From: a virus
Strand: one strand, 5' to 3'
Virus record (IMG/VR): IMGVR_UViG_3300020159_001918
Location: 8,201 to 72,200 of that record
DNA length: 64,000 nucleotides
The notes under the pieces were generated by a model that saw only the letters and a program-made list of their open reading frames with translations, was not told where the DNA came from and searched no databases. Position numbers and translations under genes: made by a program. This document shows positions 13,601-21,457 of the stretch, piece by piece (the first letter of the stretch is position 1; the number at the start of each line of letters is the position of its first letter).

Positions 13601-16062
13601 GGCCATTGTTTACGGCACTAAGCGATGGCCTATCAGGTCTAATGAACATGTTTAGAATGTCAATGCTTCAGATGGGATATGGTTTGTCTAATATAGACAA
13701 CTTCTCTAAGCAAGCAAATATTATGAATAAAGTATTAAACGATTCTATTTACTACTCATTAGGAAGACCTGGATCACTTCTAAGGGCCATTGACAATCCA
13801 TTCACTAGAGAGTATGGTGAACCAGTAGTTGAAGTACGTGAGCCATTCCAAAAAATACATTACTTAAGTTCATTTTCAACTATCATAGCCAATAATATAC
13901 AAGAAACTACAACCAACGTAGCAACTCAAGTAACCGCTGTATCTGAAGGAAAGTATCCAGTAACAGTAGCTTTGGATAAGAGCATTCCAGCAGAAAGACA
14001 GGTTGAAAAAACTGTAGAGACTGGTTTATTTTTTGACAATATAGCTGGCGAAGGTTTATTCGGAATTGCTCAACCGTTGTTCCATCCAATAGAATTTGCA
14101 AGAGGAGCAATAAAGTTATCTCAAGGTGCGCCAGATGAACTAATGGCAAGAAGAGTTGCTCTGGCTCATCTTAAGGAATCTTTAAAAGATATTTATTCTG
14201 GAGAGTTAATTGTAATAGGAAGTCCAGACATAAGACCTCATGACTTAGTTTATCTAGCTGACGTCTATGAAAGAATGTATGGAATTTTTGAAGTTGAACA
14301 AGTAGTTCATCACTTTACTCCAAATATGGGATTCATTACATCTATCACACCTAACGCTCTTGTAACAATAAATGATCCAGCTAGATGGTTTATGTCCAGT
14401 TGGATTCACTCTTGGATGTCAATTCAGAATATAAGAAATGATACAAGAAGTTTAATTAACTCAGTGCAAGCTGGAAGTACTGGAATCTTGTCTGGTGGAA
14501 ATATCTCCGTTGATGGAATGTCAGAGGCGCTAAGGTCACAAATGATGGGTGGCGTACAGTTTACTCATGGATCAAGCGCACTCATGTCTGACATAATGGC
14601 AAACTTTGCGGCCGAAGGATTAACAGATGCTCAATCTCAAATAGAGAATCAGATGAAACAAAACTCTGAAAATGGAATGAGCTTAACTGGAATTGCGGCA
14701 ACTTACTTGACTACCGTTGGTATAACTGCAACAGCTGGAGCGCTTCTTGGTGGCCCAATTGGTGCTGGAATTGGTGCTGGAATAGCATCTGATTTATTCT
14801 GGAAGGGCTGGAAGTGGGTAAGGGATAATGTGCTAGATCAGCACGGTTGCTATATATCTTACTTGAATAAAAATGGTCAACCAATGGACGCAAGTCTTGC
14901 AATAAATCAAGGAATGGTTGTTGGTAGATATCACACTAAGAGACTTCTTCCTGGCATTTTGGGAGTAAGAAGTAAAGTTAGAACCGTTGATGGAAACGCA
15001 TTTATCAGAAATGACGATTTGCTTAAGAGCTTAGGTTGGAAAGAAAAAGAAATAACTGACTTAGTAAGATATGTAAGTTATGAAAATGCACTTGTCAACG
15101 CTGAGGTATTAAAGTATTCTGGAACTGGTCCAGATAAAACTGGATTAAATCAATACTTTAAAGTAATATGCAAATTAAATAATGTTATAGATGGTGACGA
15201 GATAGAAGTAATAGATTTAATGAACCCAACTGGTCAACCATTTAAAGTTAGACTAGAAGGAATAATAGCTTCAAGTCTTGGCACTTTTCAAGCCTACACA
15301 AATACTTCTATACAAGCTGGGTATAAACCAGATGATCCAACGACTGCAATAAACGTTAATTCACCAGGTGGAAGAGCAGCAATTTTTGTAAGTGAAAGAC
15401 TCAGAGATAAGCCTTTTGTTATTAGAATTTCTCCAAATGATCAATCTTCAGTTTCTATTTATACAGAAGATGACTTGTCGCCTGGTTCAAGAATTAATAA
15501 TACAAATAGTTATTTTAAGGGTGTTAATTATGGAGACCAAGAAAGAGAAAAATCTTTAGGAACCGTATTTTACAGGATCCTCGATGAGGATAAAGAAACA
15601 AATATTTCTATAGTAAGATCTTTCTTTGTGCAAAATCTTGGCTTAAATATTATACAGAAAAAAGAAAAATTCAAAAAAAATCTTTATCAAGAATCAGTAT
15701 TTGGTCAAAAGTTTGATGAAATATATAACTCAATATATACTTCTGGTATGGAAAATCATTTTGAAATTACTGGAGAAACGGACCCATTATTAACTATAAC
15801 TAATGATGAAAGAAAATTGTTTAATGATTTAGTTAACTTTAAAATATTAGAAGTTCTTTATTCAAAAGCTTCAGAATGGCCATATATTTCTTGGGATGAG
15901 TACTATAATGACGGAGTACCAGCAACTCTTAACTGGGAACTAGTAACAAATAACTTAGCTCAAGTCTACACCGTAGACCTATTAAGAGAGAGAGCATCTA
16001 CTGGCGGCTTAGATAGATCTATACCAATGCCTAGTCTTGTTGAACAAAAGGGTGGATTGTAA
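4654..16062 (+). CDS. Giant (3802 aa) tail/baseplate hub-like multidomain protein with a thermonuclease-like (SNase fold) segment near the C-terminus
   Basis: Single uninterrupted ORF. Contains baseplate-hub-like segments (VRVHLRVGYGANPNSLHTIFNGVITEVELGEIVTVTCQSDAIEL; RPHDLVYLADVYERMYGIFEVEQVVHHFTP), hydrophobic Gly-rich helices, and VIDGDEIEVIDLMNPTGQPFKVRLEGI. Confidence 0.75.
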   Translation: MTINQQAFDYIKEQFTTKQQADDYVLEIQQITLNANSEILPGPALFKLATIIPGFEGTIGVWAGIRLPWGIKIAPPDFNDIAWRNAAIRALKRQGTRTGENPVDYIVNEILKEFDKKIPTKNIDLTDVAYAKAFEAWYSAPYSKVDSCWHYMESATIMASFIAQRVKDFNIGSDNSADTPQTPEDVQEPPAVEEDLLGPSVERAAVLEEFIQRGAAIIGFDNHDNSYSSISQYYENLVRKNNASFVYDRAFQDNYVNQFIAVASPTMDIIKLNDTYQKSLFYKIEASGLFDLLSYIDAMQAYGRIRLSTLERVKGSAGAANVLDGVRDTGWLQQLTVVLQRLSRDPVTLATIYRYFPELINFFFAALAATADYSNDGKGGGSEDKLNQGQAVLDDLMAALGQEKGQTIFTGAWDLINTGQRIEKAIAEFPFRQNIPPSSPDIFHLRLGASNFYVPPIGIDVQTQFKTSSMGEGALRQKNSPKFNSGYKHTTISMQLFFPNYEEIWGISIEDASKISLKDNFTIDFSGNGDNEEKIDKFLSSLRGLVAAFKYAPFLPIRNHYVNSVYGITGVALQGMSISTIPSYPFALVVTLNLYNFNHKPFLPMLNDFNQAIHWGKFRQYMGKAAGALHNYINEEFLMFGREGLINATKDAMVSVAEAMLDTDRDGDVTQDDLRGMQAASDRLSAQAGISPSKIVNDALLGYKNEVFTTNVVREWTNGSNLSFYMPAETQTKIFTPDVSGFQSAEEKGLSETGRSFWNQMLANFGIDINESAGYHRELDSVITTSTGNVVEFTVSQKILQSIDILTAGRNTTDFQKKAYDFIITSFIFQNQLQLDSDRKAYLRDFDRIENAYEDVQRYVFGAIVFKDETLSQIKSFFKSKALSTSSYLDFMVDEYLEKRAINVGKTNDADWKKQERSLIKDQFAAGYSAMVYERFFKAGPIRDLMEAARERNGSFHIREWEVPMIRVDIDPANAIVTDVSISMSNNIIPLQVQMQDEPTYQHIGGGDSYINISMKVFGEKELIKLRKIFDHINGLARLENAAGVMGFLGIKNIITALAGVKYVLPLSFNVSTIPNFPHVYDVSLRLVDFDIFQQKREQLSSDQQRKMIEEFGTKKNPFLRMKQLWGSFNSYPDFPLEIRNKDSEVVGCLDPDFYFRSFEMFDRDVIHSVTDNKGKLSRLDTFNVDPSQEVTVVTQYGSTSYKGSAIIAKFREYILNDQLDELKAYSRGTLGLKASETASYILQVLKDVDQPYDKFLLDYVDSLDEGEFDTKDLADSSWRISSGQLRGGDLSSSNEEARAKLQAALSGNQEKDGFAEDAYVSFDPDELDGHAIINTFPAAAGAFDTKIPSMIHTADGYQFGYIDKKNGRFYLTVDDVAVKKDSSVEYVGITDTQTPDVGTTKSLTGVPGAKALSEYQYSYSSGDEGKPETMKSNGNSKSVTDHWEKMMIDTQYRDISGRMIRAFPTYMLWLIDEKNFAGTKLFDNFYGLQSIIDFSVVSSEDILGDTLVFRASNMYAKLSTKEATTIFSGNGETDAKPGVDKISLTSGLEQVIDRTLNFARNQLGHMESQYIVDIENIRLKPGVRVHLRVGYGANPNSLHTIFNGVITEVELGEIVTVTCQSDAIELSPVVNSVDKKGSSGHIDGGLNTGLYLSEPRDLMVRLLSMGTSRTREAFAHATKGTVFSENKFGIKHFGMMLYEPLTDEERNKNSGIRNAASDAFLAVGQGSGITGGAGTVAGVLNPFGDNSNGTGIGGSPFGIDVRLPMVGIMRTMWSNFASQPDLELFKRNIYPGNGTGVAQFLGGDLGDGWSNAASLTPEDMPNPRLEYLNRLTDSSWNNLLQRYDGGSENASAAIDNLTQGMEARASGGTATAVLGGGLLAAGAALAIGTGGIALPFIGGAMAVGGGASLLGSLTGRGGVNIWKTFGLVSDLDDDMPGFDEVSFRAQTYMKSVWDLFQMCARLLPNYIVAVRPFEDRSTVFYGKPHWLYTSAVVPITTGFPSEKRAVELGLKTPSYRSPDSELMDLLTKVNKQSNSTADYEAMRQAQNPSISISEIVRQQSSYSDIYAPAGILRGKVINFLDPFRTAYYGNNKTTKEQLFNDIISVIPKNKGYVTVGFHLPIDSSGQASELDIEKIKGIHKEIPQMPLRFSFPFFTDRVAGAVLLDYAFYALSSNKSGEGDDRLKTGTIHDGDKDFEKLGHDTLYTTLIDTEAGLLAGSLTDNREGGSEDEFVINLAGVSFTAAVNPINTFGNDKFIFDLNTSGVAGSKSLIRMPLPSLKEQTRGLNSLEGSWEYEYINQNRITSGSPFSYRDWGSPVSALDEQFYIAMRWPYEITEDKDDEIFKKFKDKYFSDRDVNQFYGKPKDYKNRKVLVYSPTTRTAVVCKPAYFLWGTDKADLINGSLAANDNTDSENRTDDNFINFKSDSFKEVDLAAVVSPDAAYYLGVMHLTENEKEYFGSENDKTGNDNNHANASAQALAKAGLAPVPMPRDCYFTFVDDSVPVGVVTTIYNPANEFNYNGETHVDMDYYIGFGAFSAEGDGKLIAEKANKSGMQKLGISGTADNLERQLELLNERPTAFTNTQWQEYIPVSGITLLDQGHFAEAAARGGNILAGKEQENSYFDYILKAEYSALEREKLYEVLDGELKTTGDEDSGAGRERFAPVYDPAAPESIKAREFFDEGFSPATHVIAGNGRNLSQANDIWDQFRFGYHNEISIKKIFFDAFGMDPDDTTPLPDFLVAILRDPKANPDIFKLFSANGPDSTAVDEFSLLLGSDFIANPNQRTGKPSGTADSMERQIETGVASSVSSDTVKQAIEFARKNLVDAPLDEGGLVRYFDALTKTKYKKLGLFLQSQSNLSLILGADVGGGQPKADDIIKDNFTPKQVFLLIVGMFRQAMWQDAYARAWLVLKPNRQYTSDDMWDFSPVHKIFAAFIDPNQDYASNKRKFLKLLADNKGEGNSAGNVVGVLTHNIDKFWDQNIGPLFTALSDGLSGLMNMFRMSMLQMGYGLSNIDNFSKQANIMNKVLNDSIYYSLGRPGSLLRAIDNPFTREYGEPVVEVREPFQKIHYLSSFSTIIANNIQETTTNVATQVTAVSEGKYPVTVALDKSIPAERQVEKTVETGLFFDNIAGEGLFGIAQPLFHPIEFARGAIKLSQGAPDELMARRVALAHLKESLKDIYSGELIVIGSPDIRPHDLVYLADVYERMYGIFEVEQVVHHFTPNMGFITSITPNALVTINDPARWFMSSWIHSWMSIQNIRNDTRSLINSVQAGSTGILSGGNISVDGMSEALRSQMMGGVQFTHGSSALMSDIMANFAAEGLTDAQSQIENQMKQNSENGMSLTGIAATYLTTVGITATAGALLGGPIGAGIGAGIASDLFWKGWKWVRDNVLDQHGCYISYLNKNGQPMDASLAINQGMVVGRYHTKRLLPGILGVRSKVRTVDGNAFIRNDDLLKSLGWKEKEITDLVRYVSYENALVNAEVLKYSGTGPDKTGLNQYFKVICKLNNVIDGDEIEVIDLMNPTGQPFKVRLEGIIASSLGTFQAYTNTSIQAGYKPDDPTTAINVNSPGGRAAIFVSERLRDKPFVIRISPNDQSSVSIYTEDDLSPGSRINNTNSYFKGVNYGDQEREKSLGTVFYRILDEDKETNISIVRSFFVQNLGLNIIQKKEKFKKNLYQESVFGQKFDEIYNSIYTSGMENHFEITGETDPLLTITNDERKLFNDLVNFKILEVLYSKASEWPYISWDEYYNDGVPATLNWELVTNNLAQVYTVDLLRERASTGGLDRSIPMPSLVEQKGGL

Positions 16063-16064
16063 TA

Positions 16065-18819
16065 ATGTCTGATTTTAATTTTAATCTAAATGACTTTAAT
16101 GATTCTGCTGCTTTTATATCAAAGTTGTCGGAAGGCTATAATCCCGATGGAGCGAATAGCTTACATACTTCAGCTTCAAAAGAAAAGTACGCAAATCAGA
16201 CATTAACATCTAGAAATTTAACAGACATAATGGCTGGACGGAGCATTAACTAGAAATCCTGCAGCATTAGCAGACGCATCGTCTAGGTTCGTTAGATCAT
16301 CCCTTCATTCCATTCTTGCAACGGGAATTCAGTCTGGTGATGCATTCCAGATAGCTAATCCAGATTATCAAGGACCGGGAGATGTTGATGTATTAAAAGG
16401 TGACCAAGCATACTTGAAAGTAGTTTCTCAGTCTTTAGTTGGAACTGGTTTTGCACCAACGTCAGTTCTAAACCCTTTACTAGAATCAACAAATGGAAAA
16501 TGGCCAGGAAATGATAAGTCTAAAGTTGGAGATTCCACTGGAGCACTATTCACACACAATAGCACCGCCTATACAATAGATAGTGAAGCTCCAGGCTTAG
16601 GAGAAAGAGCTATTGCAGCAGAAGAAGAATTAAGTGAAGAAGAGAAGCAAATTTATATAGACAGAGGAACATTACTTAAGCAATCTATTAATGAGCCAGC
16701 TTTAACAATTGGGTTTGATTTTGACATACCAGATGTTCTATCTTCCTATTCTTTCGTGCAAACAAATTCATATTATAATGTTGACTCAACTGAGTTATCG
16801 GTTGAATCATCGTTAATAAGTTCTCCTAAGAAAAAAGCATTTATTAGCGCTTCTCTAATAGAATGTTTATTAATGATGACAGATGTAAATAAAGGCGTTA
16901 AAATAAATGGAACATTTGCTCTTAATAGAGCAGTGTTGTCAGAAAGCGATAAGACGAGTAGGCATTCAAATCCAGAAAGTGGAATTGACAAAAATAATAA
17001 GAACTCTATTTCTGATCATGTTTTTGGAAGAGCATTTGATATTAGATCAGTTGGTGACTATGGCGTGATAAGAGGTAAAGAGAGATACGCAGTTGCCTTA
17101 GATATTGTTTTGCAAAAGTTAAACACAATGCCACAACCCCTAATGCCAGATCTTATAGTAATTGATCCAGACGTTGCAAAGGATAAGGGAATTGGAGAAG
17201 GTTATGAATCAGCTGACACCGCAATTAAAACACAATATCCAAATCTAAAATATGTTAACTTTGAATTTGGTCCAGAACACACAGAAAATATACACATTAG
17301 TTTTAGTCCACAAAGAGGTGGTAAATATATTGGTTCTGGTGGCTGGACAACCTCTGATGCTTCAGCTCAAAAGTTTGATGAAAATGGAAACCCAGTAGAT
17401 GATTCAGCAAGTGGGGCATCAGCAAAAGAAAAAGCCTATAAAAATTACAAAAATGGTGGTCCACCAATAACTCCTTACGAGCTATTCATAATGCTTTCTC
17501 AAGAAGGTCCATTCTCTGACGAGGCAGCAGCAATTTTTTGTGCTGTAGCAGGACGAGAGAGTGGAGCTAGCCCAGCGGGTTATAACGGCAAATGCTTTGA
17601 TAATAAAACAAGTTGGGGTGGTGACGTTTCAGTTGGAATGTTTCAATACAATTTAATTTCTTTGATAAAAAGATCAACTAACGCATCAAACGACGTACCA
17701 ATTTATTACGATGGTTCCGCTGCAACAAAACAATTAGTTAAAGCTCACAGGTTGATGTACTCTGCTAGTGAAGCTTCTTCTTGGGATCCCAATGCAGTAG
17801 CAAAAAAATTAGTAGAGATTTACAGCGCAACCACCAATAAAGAAGCGTCAAAGTCTACCACCGATGATAGGTTGTGGTTTCCAATTAATCAAGTGTGGAT
17901 GCTAATGGACAAGTGGGGTAGAGCAGATTTCAAAAACGTAAATAAGATAGATGCATCTAATGGTTTTTATCATTGGGGAGATTATGATAACTCAAATAAA
18001 ACACCAAGATCTGATTGTGGATTTATATTTGAAGTAAAATTCCAAAACGCTGTTAATGTATATCTAACAACGGGAAAACCTATAACAACTTTAGAAGATT
18101 GGGTTAGAACAAACTTTAAAAAGCACAATAAAAGAACAATAAATTACATAGAACAATGGATGCAGGGCACTGTATTCTACGATCACCCTAAAGATGGTTC
18201 GTTGATAAATGAAGGAGCCAGTGGAGTTATCACCTATAACGTTGAAGTAGTTGAAAAACAAGGTGCTGATGGAGATGGGTCTCCCGCATCATTTACTAAG
18301 AATCAAATCGAAGAAGCTGCAGACTGGATTAGTACTAATAAAATTCCTCAATGGTTGACTAAGTACCGTCCAGATCTTTTGGATCCCCCTAATTTTGGCT
18401 GTGATAGATTTGCCAGAGTTCTCTCAGCGGCTTTAGGGTTATTTGGTACAGCCCAAACTGCACTGTTTACAGATGAATGGACAACCGCCGGCAACGCACC
18501 TGAGTACACTGTGCCTACACCTAGTCTTAGCTCATTCCCAACAGCAGGAGAACACCTGTCTAATCTTATATCTAGCTCCTCATTCTATGGACCAAACACC
18601 GAATTTGGAAAGAACCCACCAGCTGGTTATTTGGTATTCTGGGAGGGTGGAGCCGATGGCTATGGCCACGTAGGGATTTCGATAGGAAATGGTCAGTACG
18701 TTGACCAGCACGATGAGAGTCAAGGTTCGGAAAGAATAAGACCAAGAAATATAAATTCAACAACCTTCCCAGGAAGTAAGTATACCTATGCTGGAACATC
18801 ATCTGCGTGGAGCGCATAA
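16065..18819 (+). CDS. Tail-associated multidomain peptidoglycan hydrolase (M15-like peptidase + lysozyme/transglycosylase-like + CHAP/NlpC-like), about 917 aa, requiring a CGGA +1 event
   Basis: 16065..16253 (MSDFNFNLNDFNDS...DIMAGR) joins at CGGA 16239 to RALTRNPAALADASSRFVRSS... Motifs: SDHVFGRAFDI with ENIHIS (M15-like), AVAGRESG...SVGMFQYN (lysozyme/LT-like), PPAGYLVFWEGGADGYGHVGISIGNGQYVDQ (CHAP-like). Confidence 0.8.
16239..16242 (+). other. CGG +1 recoding site 4 (GGA CGGA GCA)
   Basis: The +1 frame has a stop at 16228-16230 and the 0 frame stops at TAG 16251-16253. The shift is therefore confined to about 20 nt, and that interval contains the in-frame CGG. Confidence 0.9.
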
Positions 18820-18830
18820 GGAGATAACAT

Positions 18831-19193
18831 ATGAAACAGTATCCAAAGTTTGATGAAAAATTAAATTCACACATTAGCAATAATCAGCTTCAGCAATCTA
18901 AAACAAGATCTGGAACTATTATGTCTTATAATAAAATGACCAATACAGCTGTAATTATCCTAGACGATAGGATGACAAATCAAGTTGGCAACATATTAAG
19001 AAGCGTTCCATGTCCATCTACCCTTGGCGTACAAAGCGTTGCACCAACAGCCGGCACAAGATGTATAGTTGGTTTTGCTGATGCCAATGAAAGATTTCCG
19101 CATATAGTATCATATATAGACGATACAAATAGCGTAGGAAGATATATGCCCAACTACAGTGTAGACACTGGTGTACCAAAGTTTATGGTTTAA
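18831..19193 (+). CDS. Probable baseplate/spike (OB-fold-like, gpV/gp5-like) protein
   Basis: Sequence character (NTAVIILDDRMTNQVGNILRSVPCPSTLGVQSVAPTAGTRCIVGFADANERFPHIVSYI) and position next to the gp25-like and J-like genes. Confidence 0.4.
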   Translation: MKQYPKFDEKLNSHISNNQLQQSKTRSGTIMSYNKMTNTAVIILDDRMTNQVGNILRSVPCPSTLGVQSVAPTAGTRCIVGFADANERFPHIVSYIDDTNSVGRYMPNYSVDTGVPKFMV

Positions 19194-19194
19194 A

Positions 19195-19899
19195 ATGTCA
19201 GAAAAAATTCATGCACAAAAGTCTTTCGAATCAGTAGCTGGCAAGACCGCTTCTGAGTTAGATGAATTAAGTAGGAGAAAAAACTTTTCCCAAAGAGAAG
19301 TAGGACTTACTCATCCGGATAATTCATCTTTTATAAGACTAACGGATTCTGGTGATATAGAAATATTTTCAGCGCCTGGAGTAGGTATAGTCATAAATGG
19401 ATCAACAAAAACCATTTCTCTTTTTGCGGATAATATTAAGTTTTTTACAAAAGAAGATGGTTTAAAATGGAACTCTATGGAGTTTAATCATTCGGCAACT
19501 GTGTTTTCCGAGCCAGCATTTGTCAGCGCAAATGATAAATCTTATAATCCAGCTTTTTTAAATATGGATCATTACATAAAGAATTTAGATTTAATAGACC
19601 AAGAAGATTCACAACAGACAGTTACTATTCACGGCAGCTACGCCTATAGGGAGACTACTAACACTGATGTTGTCTCAGTGGATGTATTGGAAAATTCTTC
19701 ATTAGATAATGATTTTACAAAAGAAGATATTATTAAATTAGATTCTTTTTGGGATAGGAACTCTTCTGCGTTGTTTAATGCAGAGAGTATGTCAAAGGCT
19801 AATTTAATAAATAGAATAAGAGACCTAATGTCTAATGGGCGTTCGATAAACCAGGCGTTAGATATTGTTAAAGAAAGCATAGGAGACAATAATGTCTGA
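19195..19899 (+). CDS. Hypothetical baseplate-region protein
   Basis: ORF starting MSEKIHAQKS..., tightly packed, with a short overlap of the next gene. Confidence 0.5.
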   Translation: MSEKIHAQKSFESVAGKTASELDELSRRKNFSQREVGLTHPDNSSFIRLTDSGDIEIFSAPGVGIVINGSTKTISLFADNIKFFTKEDGLKWNSMEFNHSATVFSEPAFVSANDKSYNPAFLNMDHYIKNLDLIDQEDSQQTVTIHGSYAYRETTNTDVVSVDVLENSSLDNDFTKEDIIKLDSFWDRNSSALFNAESMSKANLINRIRDLMSNGRSINQALDIVKESIGDNNV

Positions 19900-20272
19900 T
19901 TTTTACATCAGCCTTAGTGGTGATTTAGTGGTAAATGGATCTGGAGATTTGGGCTTAGTCCAATCTATGTCAGAAAAAGATATACAGCATGTATACATGA
20001 GGTTAATGACTGAGCCAGGTGACTTCTTCATCTACCCTCAACTGGGGACTCAACTGTCGATGCTATATGGAATGCCTCAAAACCCTCAAACTGGTGACTT
20101 CGGTAAAAGATTAATTCGTGCAGCCCTAGAAAGAGAAGGGGTTTTTAAAAACAGACAAATTACTATTGAAGCAGTACCGGTTTCCGCAGACTCCATTAGG
20201 TTTGATGTTTATTTAATGGGTGACTTAAATGAACCTACGATATTGTCCATAACGCAAGACTTAGGAGCCTAA
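19892..20272 (+). CDS. Baseplate wedge protein, gp25-like
   Basis: DLVVNGSGDLGLVQSMSEKDIQHVYMRLMTEPGDFFIYPQLGTQLSMLYG...RLIRAALEREG; next to a J-like gene. Confidence 0.7.
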   Translation: MSDFYISLSGDLVVNGSGDLGLVQSMSEKDIQHVYMRLMTEPGDFFIYPQLGTQLSMLYGMPQNPQTGDFGKRLIRAALEREGVFKNRQITIEAVPVSADSIRFDVYLMGDLNEPTILSITQDLGA

Positions 20273-20273
20273 A

Positions 20274-21434
20274 GTGGTATCAGTTAACATAAAGAGTAAA
20301 GAGCAAATGCTGGTAGCTACTCTTAACGCCCTGCAAAAAAACGCAGGAATCAGTGCCATCTCTCCTGGATCAATAGCTAGAGCTTTTGCGGAAGCAATTC
20401 ATTCTGAAATTAGCGATCTTTATAACTCCTTAAAGGTGAGCATAGAGCAGTCTAATCTTTCAACGGCTTCAGGAATCAACCTAGATATGATAGGCACCCT
20501 ATATAACGTGCAGCGTAGAACGATATCATCTGAACTAGTCCCAGAAAGAGTTACTGGAAATATAGAATTTTATTTAAATACAACTCACAGTTCAACCGTA
20601 ACCATTCCAAAGGGAACGCTCGTATATAATGATACGACAGCATTTTCTTCAACCCAATATCAGTATGAGCTAAATTCAGATATTGTTATAACAACTGGCA
20701 ACACAAGGGCCTATGGGTCAGTTAAGGCAAAATTTGCAGACAACAATGTAACTGCAGCTAGAAATACCTTGGTAAAACATAATTTCATATCACCTCCGGG
20801 TATCGTAGTGTACTGTAATAATCCGAAGGAAGTTTATAGTAGTCTTAACTCTGAATCTGACGATAACTATAGAAGAAGAATAGTTTCAGGAATTAGAGGT
20901 TCCTCTTCAGGTACCGCAGAATCCGTTAGGTTTGCAGCCTTGTCAGTTAAAGGTGTAAGGGATGTAAAAATAAGAGAAGCTTCTCTTGGTGTTGGTACTT
21001 GCGATATAGTTGTTATACCAGAAACTCAAGCTGGAATAAGTATAATGAGTCAGTTGGTTTACGAAAAAATTAAAGCAGTTAAACCAGTTGGTATTAATAT
21101 GAATCTTAGAATAGCTACTAAAAAATTAGTAGATGTTTCAGCTACCTTGACCCTAAGAGAGGGAACAGCGGGAGCAATTGCTAGAAGCGTAGAAAATCAA
21201 TCAAAGATTTTCTTAAATAGATATTTAAACAGTCTCACAATTGGTGACTCAGTTTCAATATCAGAAATAGAAAGACAGATGAAGCTTTCTTCAGAGCTAA
21301 TCATGTCTGTCACTGTTGGTAATATTAAGGTAGACAATAGAAATATACCCAATAAAGATTATAGACTATCTGATGATAAAAGTTACATGGCTGCTGGTAC
21401 GCTTAGCCTATTCTCTGTTATAATGGGAGCGTAA
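20274..21434 (+). CDS. Baseplate J-like (gp47-like) protein
   Basis: Canonical layout: ISPGSIARAFAEAIHSEISDLYNSLK...SGINLDMIGTLYNVQR...; SSGTAESVRFAALSVKGVRDVKI. Confidence 0.8.
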   Translation: MVSVNIKSKEQMLVATLNALQKNAGISAISPGSIARAFAEAIHSEISDLYNSLKVSIEQSNLSTASGINLDMIGTLYNVQRRTISSELVPERVTGNIEFYLNTTHSSTVTIPKGTLVYNDTTAFSSTQYQYELNSDIVITTGNTRAYGSVKAKFADNNVTAARNTLVKHNFISPPGIVVYCNNPKEVYSSLNSESDDNYRRRIVSGIRGSSSGTAESVRFAALSVKGVRDVKIREASLGVGTCDIVVIPETQAGISIMSQLVYEKIKAVKPVGINMNLRIATKKLVDVSATLTLREGTAGAIARSVENQSKIFLNRYLNSLTIGDSVSISEIERQMKLSSELIMSVTVGNIKVDNRNIPNKDYRLSDDKSYMAAGTLSLFSVIMGA

Positions 21435-21457
21435 ACTAGTAGAAAAGGTGTAAATTA

